DNA of 64,000 nt from Rebecca billardiae RCC1528. Its lineage: Eukaryota > Protista > Haptophyta. Position 1 is the first letter of the stretch; each line of letters starts with the position of its first letter. The translations under genes were made by a program, and so were the position numbers. Positions 35,989-47,306 of this stretch are shown in pieces. The stretch is from the NCBI GenBank assembly GCA_965240325.2, contig OZ251224.1, positions 2,790,001-2,854,000 on the forward strand, written 5' to 3'. The notes below the pieces were generated by a model. It was not told where the DNA came from. It did not search any database and worked only from the letters and a program-made list of their open reading frames with translations.

Positions 35989-36256
35989 CGCACCAAACCC
36001 ACACAATCGATCTCGACTCTCGAGCGCCGAGATTCTCAGGATCGTCAAAACACTCAAACGGACGGACGCGCGCCGGTCGCCAGCTTTTCTCCTGGTCGTC
36101 ATCACTTACCTTACCCGGGCCCGTCCGCGGCTCCGCGCGATACGGCCGGCCGGCACCATCGCCTGCACGCCCGGCAGCAGCAGCGCCGCCAGCCGCGAGG
36201 GCGAGAGCCTGCCAAACACGAGCCGCACGTCGACGAACTTCTGGAGCGTGTCGACC

Positions 36257-37619
36257 ATGCGCGTCATGATGCTCTCGCCGCGCATCCGCTCACGCCTGTT
36301 CCGGACGTCCGCGGCCGCTCGTGCCAAAGTGCTGTGCGCGCTGTACCCCGACCCCACCTCTGGCTTTCCACCCAAGTACGCGCGCGACGCGCTGCCTACG
36401 CTCGACGCCTACCCCGATGGCATGACGCTGCCGACGCCCAAGGGCATCGACTTTGTGCCGGGCGAGCTGCTGGGCAGCGCGAGCGGCGCACTTGGGCTGC
36501 GCCCGTTCCTCGAGCGCGAGGGCCACCAGCTCGTTGTCACGACCGACAAGGACGGCGAGGGCTGCGAGTTTGAGCGCCACCTGCCCGACGCCGAGTACGT
36601 GATCTCGCAGCCCTTCTTCCCCGCGTACATGTCGCGCCGCCGGCTGGAGATGGCGCCCAAGCTGCGCGCGTGCATCACCGCGGGGATCGGCTCGGACCAC
36701 GTGGACCTGCAGGCGGCGATGGACCGGCGCGTCGACGTGTGCGAGGTCACGTTCTGCAACTCGATCTCTGTCGCCGAGCACGTCGTGATGACGATTCTAG
36801 CGCTCGTGCGCAATTTCGTCCCCGCGCACGAGCGCGCGCGCGACGGCGGTTGGAACATCGCGGATATCGTGCAGCGCTCTTACGACCTGGAAGGGATGCA
36901 CGTGGGCACGGTGGCCGCCGGTCGGATCGGCCGCGCGGTGCTGGAGCGCCTCCGCCCGTTCGGCGTGCAGCTACACTACTGCGACAACCACGCGCTGCCG
37001 CCGGATGCGGAGGCCGCGCTCGGCGCGCGCCGCTGGGAGAAGTGGACGGAGATGGCTGCGCAGTGCGACGTCGTCACGCTCAACTGCCCGCTGCACCCGG
37101 CAACCGAGCACATGGTCAACACCCAGACCATCGGCTCCTTCAAGCGTGGCGCCTACCTCATCAACACTGCACGCGGTGCGTAGCGCGCGCGGCGCGCCCG
37201 GCGCCGCGCGCGAGTGCGCATGGATGCGGCCCCCCCTCGGCTGAGTCGGCGGCGCCTTGCGTCGTGCCGCTCCCCGCCGTGGCATGCGCCCCGCAGGCAA
37301 GCTGTGCGACCGCGACGTGATCGCCGCCGCGTTGCGCAGTGGCCAGCTTGGCGGGTACGCAGGCGACGTGTGGTTCCCGCAGCCGCCCGCAGCCGACCAC
37401 CCGTGGCGCACCATGCCCAACCACGCCATGACGCCACATGTCTCAGGGACGTCACTCTCCGCCCAGGCGCGCTACGCGAGCGGCGTGCGCGAGATTCTTG
37501 AGTGCTACTTCGAGGGGCGGCCCATCCGTGAGCCCTACCAGATCGTGACCAACGGGGCCCTTGCAGGCGCCGGTGCCCACGCCTACACGGCCGGCGACTC
37601 CACCAAGGGCGCGCTGTGA
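36257..37619 (+). CDS. FDH: NAD-dependent formate dehydrogenase with probable mitochondrial presequence (~413 aa, intron 37176-37296)
   Basis: ISQPFFPAY, TAGIGSDHVDL, NSISVAEHVVM, GTVAAGRIG, NCPLHP, NTARG|KLCD, GYAGDVWFPQP, MTPHVSGTSLSAQARYA. Arg/Ser-rich N-terminus lacking acidic residues. Confidence 0.95.
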
Positions 37620-38166
37620 GGGCGTATTTCACCAAGCAGTTCAAGTTGCGCTCCGAGAACGTCGCCGAATGAGTAACGACCGAGCCTACTATACTAGCTG
37701 TCTAGCAGCGGTGACTGCGCGTTGTTAGAGCAGGACAGATACGATTGCACTCGATACAGCACGTGTGGGCTGCAGTCCGCCTGGATCGACCCCGCTGAGA
37801 CGACGGCGCTCCATCCGTGAGCGCCGGCGGCCGTTCGAGTACTCATGTCAATGCGTCGCAACCATTACCAACGGGCGCGCGCTGAAACCGTCATCACCGA
37901 TCACTCCGGGGCCAACCTTCCGAGACTCCACTGAGCTTCGGACTCTGGTTGTCCGGACCGTTCTGCAGCGCCCTCAATGGCTGTGAGCTTGTCCGTGCGG
38001 GTAGATGAGCGTGTACAATCAGCTCGTAGTGCATCAGTGCCAGAATACTGCTCTGACACGCGTGTCTTTCCATCGCCATCGCGCGGCGTAAGGCTGCTGC
38101 ATTGTCATCGCCATCGCAGGAAACAACACTACGTGTCACATGTCCATGGGCATGATGACAATACAT

Positions 38167-38167
<1 letters not shown>

Positions 38168-38249
<82 letters not shown>

Positions 38250-38260
38250 TAACGACGTGG

Positions 38261-38330
<70 letters not shown>
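38168..38330. repeat. Palindromic compound microsatellite (CA)n(TA)n-TTAACGACGTGG-(TA)n(TG)n
   Basis: Read directly; the arms are reverse complements around the 12-nt core at 38249-38260. Confidence 0.95.
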
Positions 38331-39146
38331 TATATATATACGATATATATATATATATATATCGTATACTATACACATATATGTACATATGTGTGACAAT
38401 ATACACACACACACACACATACTTATGTGTATATGATCGGCTACGCCGATCTTCGGGTAGTGAACAACTAAGTTGAGGGCGCACGGCCCTAGTTGTCGTC
38501 GCGTTCCGTTTGACACGATGCCCGGAAGCACAAGCAGGCGAAGCACGTCGCACCCCAGCAGCCGGCTACAGTAGCGTCGTACAGCACCGTGACAGCGTCG
38601 CGCGCACTGGTCACGTAGACGCCACCGTCGTAGCGGGCAGCCTGAGGCCATTGATGATTTGACGATGCGATGATTGCAGGCCGCTGGTGACACTGTCTCT
38701 TATTCTTACAGTAGTAATTTATATAGTAAACTGTAGTCTGTACTCTGTAAGACTGTATAGCCGATTCATCACATTCACATGCGAATCAGTAACTCAGGTG
38801 ACTCCCCTGACCGTCATTGGGCATGAGTCGTTACTCATAGTATTATTAATTATAACGTATTTTACGAAACTGTTAACCTTGAACGACCCTGGCCGTTGGA
38901 GTCGCCGCCGCCGTGCCGTGGGCGGTCGCTGCTTGCTCAGGCTCCATGGACGGCTATCGGACGCCGCGTCCGCCGCTGCCGCAGTCGCTGGGCGCCGCTG
39001 GGGGCTGGCGCCGGCACGCTGCTGAGTGAGTTCACGGGCGGCCGCCTCGAGCGAGGACGGGTGTGCGATCAGCGCAGGAGGCCCCTGCGCCGCCGACTTG
39101 TTACGGTCATGTTGGCAGCCCGGACCAGGGCGCTCACGGACCCGTA

Positions 39147-40210
39147 CTAACACTGGCTGCGCTGGTGCCGAGTGCGAGTCCAAACGAACGCTGCCGCCGC
39201 CAACGTGGCAATCACCACCACAGCAAGTCCAGCGAGCACAGCGGTGGCCACGACGGGCCCGACATCGTCATCGACCAGCAAGAAGCGCGAGTGCCCGGGC
39301 CCATCATCGTCGCCATCGAACATCACCTTCTCGATCATCCTGTGGGCCGAAAAAGCCACCTGCGCGCGAGGAAGGTGCGGGAAACGGTGGCATTTGCGGA
39401 ATGCGGATGGTGAGGGCTCAGCGTGCGAGGGCGCCAGGGGTGCGACACTCGATGGCATGGGCGGGAGCGCACTGCGCGTGTAAGGCCCGCCGCGCACGCA
39501 GTACGCACCGTGACGAGGCAGATTGGGCCGCACTTCACGTACGGCGGCGGCGACGATGGTGGCGGCGATGACGGCGGCGACGGCGGCGAGGGTGAGGGCG
39601 AGGGTGAGGGCGGCGATGGCGATGGCGGCGGCGATGGCGATGGCGGCGGCGATGGCGATGGAGGCGGCGGCGGCGAAGGCGGCGGCGAAGGCGGCGGCGA
39701 AGGCGGCGGCGAAGGCGGCGGCGAAGGAGACAGCGCAGTGCAATCAGACACTCGAAAGCCATCGCAGCTGATATCCGCACAGGCCCACGAACCATCACAC
39801 TCGAACGTCTCGTCAACTTCGTCGAGGCGCCGACGCGTGTAGGAGTAGCTGTACGAGTACGAGTAGTAGTATCCTCCGCCAAGGCTGGGCTCGGTGCAGG
39901 TCGCCGAGCATGTTATGGGGTCGAGCCGGCGACCGTGCGGACCAAGAGACGACGCTCGCTCCTCGTCGCTCTCTTGCGCCAGCACGCGCCGACGGGTGCA
40001 CCCGGTTGATCCGACCATCACATCGCAGCTGCTCGCGTCGCACTCATACCAGCACCCAGAATCTGGTGGGCACTCGTGGTAGACGGTCGGGTCGCTCGTC
40101 AGCGCCAGCACGTCTGCCGCCAACGCGCTGATGTCACACGTCGTCGCGATGACGAATGCCGGCAGCTGTAGCAGCAGTGTCGCGACAAGCGCGATCGGAG
40201 AGCGCAGCAT
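39147..40210 (-). CDS. Predicted type I membrane/surface protein (~304 aa): signal peptide, Cys-rich modules separated by RRL-type motifs, YSYSYS tract, SP-rich stalk, C-terminal TM
   Basis: Exons 40210-39509 and 39359-39147 joined by a phase-0 GTGCGT..CAG intron. N-terminus MLRSPIALVATLLLQLPAFVIA; C-terminal VVATAVLAGLAVVVIATLAAAAFVW followed by basic residues. Confidence 0.78.
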
Positions 40211-40402
40211 CGTGCACACACTACGACACAGTAGCCGAGTAGCGTGTACAGCTAGTCGTTCGGCGCCGGTCGGCGGCGCAAGAATTGAAGTGACAGAAGT
40301 TGGTGCCCTCCGGGATCCGTACGTCTTCCACAGACGACCATCGACGTCGTGCTATTAATTACCGGGTAGTTGGCGCGCCGGTGGCGACGTCGTCGTCAAT
40401 AA

Positions 40403-40484
40403 TAAATTCCCCTTTATAACGGGCTCCGGGTGATCAGACTGGCGGCCGAAGCCTCCAGCCCTACCCTGGCCAGCCCCCAACCAA
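40403..40484 (-). repeat. 82-bp dispersed repeat forming a C(UUCG)G-capped hairpin; one per 2184-bp unit and one inverted copy at 53345-53426
   Basis: 53345-53426 is the exact reverse complement of 40403-40484; flanks are unrelated. Confidence 0.85.
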
Positions 40485-40754
40485 GGGCGGTACTCGACAA
40501 TGCAGCGCGCGGCGCTGCAGGGAGTGCATGGGATTGTCCTATTTGCAAATACAGCAGAAGACCATCAGCAGTCCCCGCGGTTGACCGCACCGCGCCTCGA
40601 CCGATGGCGGCGGGATTGGCGGCGGCATCCCCTTGACGTCAACGCCGGCTGGCGGTGTGCGGGCGACTCGTCGTCGCGTGAGAGCCGAGTGTGCGCGTAG
40701 CGCGTCAGCTCCGCTGCGCAAGAGAGCCAGCTCGCTCGTGTGAACTCGCAGGCG

Positions 40755-42128
40755 ATGCCGTCAAGGCCTCGGAGCTGGACGACCTTTGTTGCGCTCACGA
40801 CTGCGGCGATGCTGAATGACTCGAAACTCGAAGCGGAGCTCGAAGCGCGTCGCGCCGCGACGACGCGCGGCTACGCCACGCCCACCAGCGCCGAGCGCGC
40901 GCGCTGGCACCAGCTTGGGCTCGACCGGGTGCCGCACACGACGGACAAGCGCATCCTACATGCCGAGCGCGCGCTCGGCGGCGCGCGGCACGTGCTGGGC
41001 TTCGTGCAGTGGCAGAAACCGGCCTGCCATCAAGAGCTTCACGCCGTTGGCCGCCGCGTGTACCATCAAGCCGGCGGTAGCCTCGATGCCGCCCTGGGCG
41101 CATGTGGCTGGCGATGCGCAGCTGGCTGCTTCCACGGTGTTGCGAGCGCGCACATCCGAGCGCTCCTTGAGGCCGTGTCGCCGAATGGCTCATCGCCCAC
41201 AGCGCTGAGACACTTGGCAGACTCACTCGCCGCTTTCGTCCTCGACGAGCGCATCCCCGCGCTCGCGCTCTACCCGCAGATCGGCGTGATGCACGCAGTC
41301 GGTCACGGCCTGCTGCAGTCGGGACGGCTCTCGCTCATGGGCGCGCTCGAGCTGTGTGCGGGTGCGCTCGCGGCCCGGCTCCCAACGCCGCGCTCGATGA
41401 CGACCGCGTGCGCGAACGGCGTGCTGATGGAGGCCTTCCAGCCTCAGGTCCGCCACGGTGTCGCACGCGCGCCCGACGATCGCTCGATCAGCGCTGCAAA
41501 GCTCACGTACGACGAGGCGGTGCAGCTCTGCGCGCGCGCACCGATGCCCGCGCTCGCGCGGCGAAGCTGCTTCTACTATGGCGTCGCGCGCCTGTGGGCG
41601 CGCTGCGCCAAGTGTGGCCTGGCGCCCGCCTGCCTGCGCACGCCGCTCGGCGCGCCGGTGCGCTGCGAGCCCGGGAATGCCACGGCACGCCCCGATCCGC
41701 TGGATGCGCACACGCTCGCGGACCTGTGCTCAGAAGCCACGTTTGCAGCGACGGCGGCCACAGTCGCCAGCTGCTGGAACACGCTGGGTCATTACGTGGG
41801 GAACGTGCTGAGCTCCGTGTTGCACGCCGACGGGCGGCATTGCGCTCTCGCGCCCACCGTCGCCTCCCGCCTCGCCTGCGTCGACGGCTACGCCACGCGA
41901 CGCGGCATCATGGTATCTGCATCGGGCATCGATCGTCGACCCAAGTTGATGGCCGAACTGTGCGGCAAACTCCCCGACCCGGCCTCCCGCACGCTGTGCG
42001 CAGCGATCAGTGCCGCGGGCAGGTACGCGCCCGCACGGGAGTACACCCTGATGGACCTGTACGACGATGAGGCGGAGACTGCGAGCGCCGACAAGCCGCC
42101 GGCCGTCCATCCGGCCGATGAGCACTGA
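40755..42128 (+). CDS. Uncharacterised Cys/His-motif protein, 457 aa, intronless (copy 1 of 4)
   Basis: Long ORF with motifs CHQELHAVG, CAAGCFHGV, MHAVGHGL, CANGVLME, many further Cys and a hydrophobic N-terminus. Confidence 0.75.
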   Translation: MPSRPRSWTTFVALTTAAMLNDSKLEAELEARRAATTRGYATPTSAERARWHQLGLDRVPHTTDKRILHAERALGGARHVLGFVQWQKPACHQELHAVGRRVYHQAGGSLDAALGACGWRCAAGCFHGVASAHIRALLEAVSPNGSSPTALRHLADSLAAFVLDERIPALALYPQIGVMHAVGHGLLQSGRLSLMGALELCAGALAARLPTPRSMTTACANGVLMEAFQPQVRHGVARAPDDRSISAAKLTYDEAVQLCARAPMPALARRSCFYYGVARLWARCAKCGLAPACLRTPLGAPVRCEPGNATARPDPLDAHTLADLCSEATFAATAATVASCWNTLGHYVGNVLSSVLHADGRHCALAPTVASRLACVDGYATRRGIMVSASGIDRRPKLMAELCGKLPDPASRTLCAAISAAGRYAPAREYTLMDLYDDEAETASADKPPAVHPADEH

Positions 42129-42166
42129 GCGTATAGTCGCTGCGCCACCGTAGTCCGTACACCGTC

Positions 42167-42394
42167 TCATGACCCCGAATCGCACCCGGTTGATCCGACC
42201 ATCACATCGCAGCTGCTCGCGTCGCACTCATACCAGCACCCAGAATCTGGTGGGCACTCGTGGTAGACGGTCGGGTCGCTCGTCAGCGCCAGCACGTCTG
42301 CCGCCAACGCGCTGATGTCACACGTCGTCGCGATGACGAATGCCGGCAGCTGTAGCAGCAGTGTCGCGACAAGCGCGATCGGAGAGCGCAGCAT
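42167..42394 (-). CDS. Truncated duplicate of the 39147-40210 gene: 75-aa signal peptide + 6-Cys module (also at 44351-44578 and 46535-46762)
   Basis: Duplication junction adds DSGS-stop after VMVGSTGC; upstream DNA is identical to the parent gene. Confidence 0.5.
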   Translation of the reverse strand: MLRSPIALVATLLLQLPAFVIATTCDISALAADVLALTSDPTVYHECPPDSGCWYECDASSCDVMVGSTGCDSGS

Positions 42395-42938
42395 CGTGCA
42401 CACACTACGACACAGTAGCCGAGTAGCGTGTACAGCTAGTCGTTCGGCGCCGGTCGGCGGCGCAAGAATTGAAGTGACAGAAGTTGGTGCCCTCCGGGAT
42501 CCGTACGTCTTCCACAGACGACCATCGACGTCGTGCTATTAATTACCGGGTAGTTGGCGCGCCGGTGGCGACGTCGTCGTCAATAATAAATTCCCCTTTA
42601 TAACGGGCTCCGGGTGATCAGACTGGCGGCCGAAGCCTCCAGCCCTACCCTGGCCAGCCCCCAACCAAGGGCGGTACTCGACAATGCAGCGCGCGGCGCT
42701 GCAGGGAGTGCATGGGATTGTCCTATTTGCAAATACAGCAGAAGACCATCAGCAGTCCCCGCGGTTGACCGCACCGCGCCTCGACCGATGGCGGCGGGAT
42801 TGGCGGCGGCATCCCCTTGACGTCAACGCCGGCTGGCGGTGTGCGGGCGACTCGTCGTCGCGTGAGAGCCGAGTGTGCGCGTAGCGCGTCAGCTCCGCTG
42901 CGCAAGAGAGCCAGCTCGCTCGTGTGAACTCGCAGGCG

Positions 42939-44312
42939 ATGCCGTCAAGGCCTCGGAGCTGGACGACCTTTGTTGCGCTCACGACTGCGGCGATGCTGAA
43001 TGACTCGAAACTCGAAGCGGAGCTCGAAGCGCGTCGCGCCGCGACGACGCGCGGCTACGCCACGCCCACCAGCGCCGAGCGCGCGCGCTGGCACCAGCTT
43101 GGGCTCGACCGGGTGCCGCACACGACGGACAAGCGCATCCTACATGCCGAGCGCGCGCTCGGCGGCGCGCGGCACGTGCTGGGCTTCGTGCAGTGGCAGA
43201 AACCGGCCTGCCATCAAGAGCTTCACGCCGTTGGCCGCCGCGTGTACCATCAAGCCGGCGGTAGCCTCGATGCCGCCCTGGGCGCATGTGGCTGGCGATG
43301 CGCAGCTGGCTGCTTCCACGGTGTTGCGAGCGCGCACATCCGAGCGCTCCTTGAGGCCGTGTCGCCGAATGGCTCATCGCCCACAGCGCTGAGACACTTG
43401 GCAGACTCACTCGCCGCTTTCGTCCTCGACGAGCGCATCCCCGCGCTCGCGCTCTACCCGCAGATCGGCGTGATGCACGCAGTCGGTCACGGCCTGCTGC
43501 AGTCGGGACGGCTCTCGCTCATGGGCGCGCTCGAGCTGTGTGCGGGTGCGCTCGCGGCCCGGCTCCCAACGCCGCGCTCGATGACGACCGCGTGCGCGAA
43601 CGGCGTGCTGATGGAGGCCTTCCAGCCTCAGGTCCGCCACGGTGTCGCACGCGCGCCCGACGATCGCTCGATCAGCGCTGCAAAGCTCACGTACGACGAG
43701 GCGGTGCAGCTCTGCGCGCGCGCACCGATGCCCGCGCTCGCGCGGCGAAGCTGCTTCTACTATGGCGTCGCGCGCCTGTGGGCGCGCTGCGCCAAGTGTG
43801 GCCTGGCGCCCGCCTGCCTGCGCACGCCGCTCGGCGCGCCGGTGCGCTGCGAGCCCGGGAATGCCACGGCACGCCCCGATCCGCTGGATGCGCACACGCT
43901 CGCGGACCTGTGCTCAGAAGCCACGTTTGCAGCGACGGCGGCCACAGTCGCCAGCTGCTGGAACACGCTGGGTCATTACGTGGGGAACGTGCTGAGCTCC
44001 GTGTTGCACGCCGACGGGCGGCATTGCGCTCTCGCGCCCACCGTCGCCTCCCGCCTCGCCTGCGTCGACGGCTACGCCACGCGACGCGGCATCATGGTAT
44101 CTGCATCGGGCATCGATCGTCGACCCAAGTTGATGGCCGAACTGTGCGGCAAACTCCCCGACCCGGCCTCCCGCACGCTGTGCGCAGCGATCAGTGCCGC
44201 GGGCAGGTACGCGCCCGCACGGGAGTACACCCTGATGGACCTGTACGACGATGAGGCGGAGACTGCGAGCGCCGACAAGCCGCCGGCCGTCCATCCGGCC
44301 GATGAGCACTGA
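42939..44312 (+). CDS. Cys/His-motif protein (copy 2)
   Basis: Same translation as copy 1. Confidence 0.75.
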   Translation: MPSRPRSWTTFVALTTAAMLNDSKLEAELEARRAATTRGYATPTSAERARWHQLGLDRVPHTTDKRILHAERALGGARHVLGFVQWQKPACHQELHAVGRRVYHQAGGSLDAALGACGWRCAAGCFHGVASAHIRALLEAVSPNGSSPTALRHLADSLAAFVLDERIPALALYPQIGVMHAVGHGLLQSGRLSLMGALELCAGALAARLPTPRSMTTACANGVLMEAFQPQVRHGVARAPDDRSISAAKLTYDEAVQLCARAPMPALARRSCFYYGVARLWARCAKCGLAPACLRTPLGAPVRCEPGNATARPDPLDAHTLADLCSEATFAATAATVASCWNTLGHYVGNVLSSVLHADGRHCALAPTVASRLACVDGYATRRGIMVSASGIDRRPKLMAELCGKLPDPASRTLCAAISAAGRYAPAREYTLMDLYDDEAETASADKPPAVHPADEH

Positions 44313-45122
44313 GCGTATAGTCGCTGCGCCACCGTAGTCCGTACACCGTCTCATGACCCCGAATCGCACCCGGTTGATCCGACCATCACATCGCAGCTGC
44401 TCGCGTCGCACTCATACCAGCACCCAGAATCTGGTGGGCACTCGTGGTAGACGGTCGGGTCGCTCGTCAGCGCCAGCACGTCTGCCGCCAACGCGCTGAT
44501 GTCACACGTCGTCGCGATGACGAATGCCGGCAGCTGTAGCAGCAGTGTCGCGACAAGCGCGATCGGAGAGCGCAGCATCGTGCACACACTACGACACAGT
44601 AGCCGAGTAGCGTGTACAGCTAGTCGTTCGGCGCCGGTCGGCGGCGCAAGAATTGAAGTGACAGAAGTTGGTGCCCTCCGGGATCCGTACGTCTTCCACA
44701 GACGACCATCGACGTCGTGCTATTAATTACCGGGTAGTTGGCGCGCCGGTGGCGACGTCGTCGTCAATAATAAATTCCCCTTTATAACGGGCTCCGGGTG
44801 ATCAGACTGGCGGCCGAAGCCTCCAGCCCTACCCTGGCCAGCCCCCAACCAAGGGCGGTACTCGACAATGCAGCGCGCGGCGCTGCAGGGAGTGCATGGG
44901 ATTGTCCTATTTGCAAATACAGCAGAAGACCATCAGCAGTCCCCGCGGTTGACCGCACCGCGCCTCGACCGATGGCGGCGGGATTGGCGGCGGCATCCCC
45001 TTGACGTCAACGCCGGCTGGCGGTGTGCGGGCGACTCGTCGTCGCGTGAGAGCCGAGTGTGCGCGTAGCGCGTCAGCTCCGCTGCGCAAGAGAGCCAGCT
45101 CGCTCGTGTGAACTCGCAGGCG

Positions 45123-46496
45123 ATGCCGTCAAGGCCTCGGAGCTGGACGACCTTTGTTGCGCTCACGACTGCGGCGATGCTGAATGACTCGAAACTCGAA
45201 GCGGAGCTCGAAGCGCGTCGCGCCGCGACGACGCGCGGCTACGCCACGCCCACCAGCGCCGAGCGCGCGCGCTGGCACCAGCTTGGGCTCGACCGGGTGC
45301 CGCACACGACGGACAAGCGCATCCTACATGCCGAGCGCGCGCTCGGCGGCGCGCGGCACGTGCTGGGCTTCGTGCAGTGGCAGAAACCGGCCTGCCATCA
45401 AGAGCTTCACGCCGTTGGCCGCCGCGTGTACCATCAAGCCGGCGGTAGCCTCGATGCCGCCCTGGGCGCATGTGGCTGGCGATGCGCAGCTGGCTGCTTC
45501 CACGGTGTTGCGAGCGCGCACATCCGAGCGCTCCTTGAGGCCGTGTCGCCGAATGGCTCATCGCCCACAGCGCTGAGACACTTGGCAGACTCACTCGCCG
45601 CTTTCGTCCTCGACGAGCGCATCCCCGCGCTCGCGCTCTACCCGCAGATCGGCGTGATGCACGCAGTCGGTCACGGCCTGCTGCAGTCGGGACGGCTCTC
45701 GCTCATGGGCGCGCTCGAGCTGTGTGCGGGTGCGCTCGCGGCCCGGCTCCCAACGCCGCGCTCGATGACGACCGCGTGCGCGAACGGCGTGCTGATGGAG
45801 GCCTTCCAGCCTCAGGTCCGCCACGGTGTCGCACGCGCGCCCGACGATCGCTCGATCAGCGCTGCAAAGCTCACGTACGACGAGGCGGTGCAGCTCTGCG
45901 CGCGCGCACCGATGCCCGCGCTCGCGCGGCGAAGCTGCTTCTACTATGGCGTCGCGCGCCTGTGGGCGCGCTGCGCCAAGTGTGGCCTGGCGCCCGCCTG
46001 CCTGCGCACGCCGCTCGGCGCGCCGGTGCGCTGCGAGCCCGGGAATGCCACGGCACGCCCCGATCCGCTGGATGCGCACACGCTCGCGGACCTGTGCTCA
46101 GAAGCCACGTTTGCAGCGACGGCGGCCACAGTCGCCAGCTGCTGGAACACGCTGGGTCATTACGTGGGGAACGTGCTGAGCTCCGTGTTGCACGCCGACG
46201 GGCGGCATTGCGCTCTCGCGCCCACCGTCGCCTCCCGCCTCGCCTGCGTCGACGGCTACGCCACGCGACGCGGCATCATGGTATCTGCATCGGGCATCGA
46301 TCGTCGACCCAAGTTGATGGCCGAACTGTGCGGCAAACTCCCCGACCCGGCCTCCCGCACGCTGTGCGCAGCGATCAGTGCCGCGGGCAGGTACGCGCCC
46401 GCACGGGAGTACACCCTGATGGACCTGTACGACGATGAGGCGGAGACTGCGAGCGCCGACAAGCCGCCGGCCGTCCATCCGGCCGATGAGCACTGA
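45123..46496 (+). CDS. Cys/His-motif protein (copy 3)
   Basis: Same translation as copy 1. Confidence 0.75.
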   Translation: MPSRPRSWTTFVALTTAAMLNDSKLEAELEARRAATTRGYATPTSAERARWHQLGLDRVPHTTDKRILHAERALGGARHVLGFVQWQKPACHQELHAVGRRVYHQAGGSLDAALGACGWRCAAGCFHGVASAHIRALLEAVSPNGSSPTALRHLADSLAAFVLDERIPALALYPQIGVMHAVGHGLLQSGRLSLMGALELCAGALAARLPTPRSMTTACANGVLMEAFQPQVRHGVARAPDDRSISAAKLTYDEAVQLCARAPMPALARRSCFYYGVARLWARCAKCGLAPACLRTPLGAPVRCEPGNATARPDPLDAHTLADLCSEATFAATAATVASCWNTLGHYVGNVLSSVLHADGRHCALAPTVASRLACVDGYATRRGIMVSASGIDRRPKLMAELCGKLPDPASRTLCAAISAAGRYAPAREYTLMDLYDDEAETASADKPPAVHPADEH

Positions 46497-47306
46497 GCGT
46501 ATAGTCGCTGCGCCACCGTAGTCCGTACACCGTCTCATGACCCCGAATCGCACCCGGTTGATCCGACCATCACATCGCAGCTGCTCGCGTCGCACTCATA
46601 CCAGCACCCAGAATCTGGTGGGCACTCGTGGTAGACGGTCGGGTCGCTCGTCAGCGCCAGCACGTCTGCCGCCAACGCGCTGATGTCACACGTCGTCGCG
46701 ATGACGAATGCCGGCAGCTGTAGCAGCAGTGTCGCGACAAGCGCGATCGGAGAGCGCAGCATCGTGCACACACTACGACACAGTAGCCGAGTAGCGTGTA
46801 CAGCTAGTCGTTCGGCGCCGGTCGGCGGCGCAAGAATTGAAGTGACAGAAGTTGGTGCCCTCCGGGATCCGTACGTCTTCCACAGACGACCATCGACGTC
46901 GTGCTATTAATTACCGGGTAGTTGGCGCGCCGGTGGCGACGTCGTCGTCAATAATAAATTCCCCTTTATAACGGGCTCCGGGTGATCAGACTGGCGGCCG
47001 AAGCCTCCAGCCCTACCCTGGCCAGCCCCCAACCAAGGGCGGTACTCGACAATGCAGCGCGCGGCGCTGCAGGGAGTGCATGGGATTGTCCTATTTGCAA
47101 ATACAGCAGAAGACCATCAGCAGTCCCCGCGGTTGACCGCACCGCGCCTCGACCGATGGCGGCGGGATTGGCGGCGGCATCCCCTTGACGTCAACGCCGG
47201 CTGGCGGTGTGCGGGCGACTCGTCGTCGCGTGAGAGCCGAGTGTGCGCGTAGCGCGTCAGCTCCGCTGCGCAAGAGAGCCAGCTCGCTCGTGTGAACTCG
47301 CAGGCG

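Noticed and set aside
35618-36256. 213-aa N-terminal extension of FDH in the ORF track
   Set aside because: It overlaps the FKBP gene antisense and begins at a non-ATG codon; ATG 36257 gives a plausible presequence.
40403-40484. SECIS element, tRNA or ribozyme
   Set aside because: No 3' GA for a SECIS quartet, no cloverleaf, and no hammerhead or HDV core recognised.
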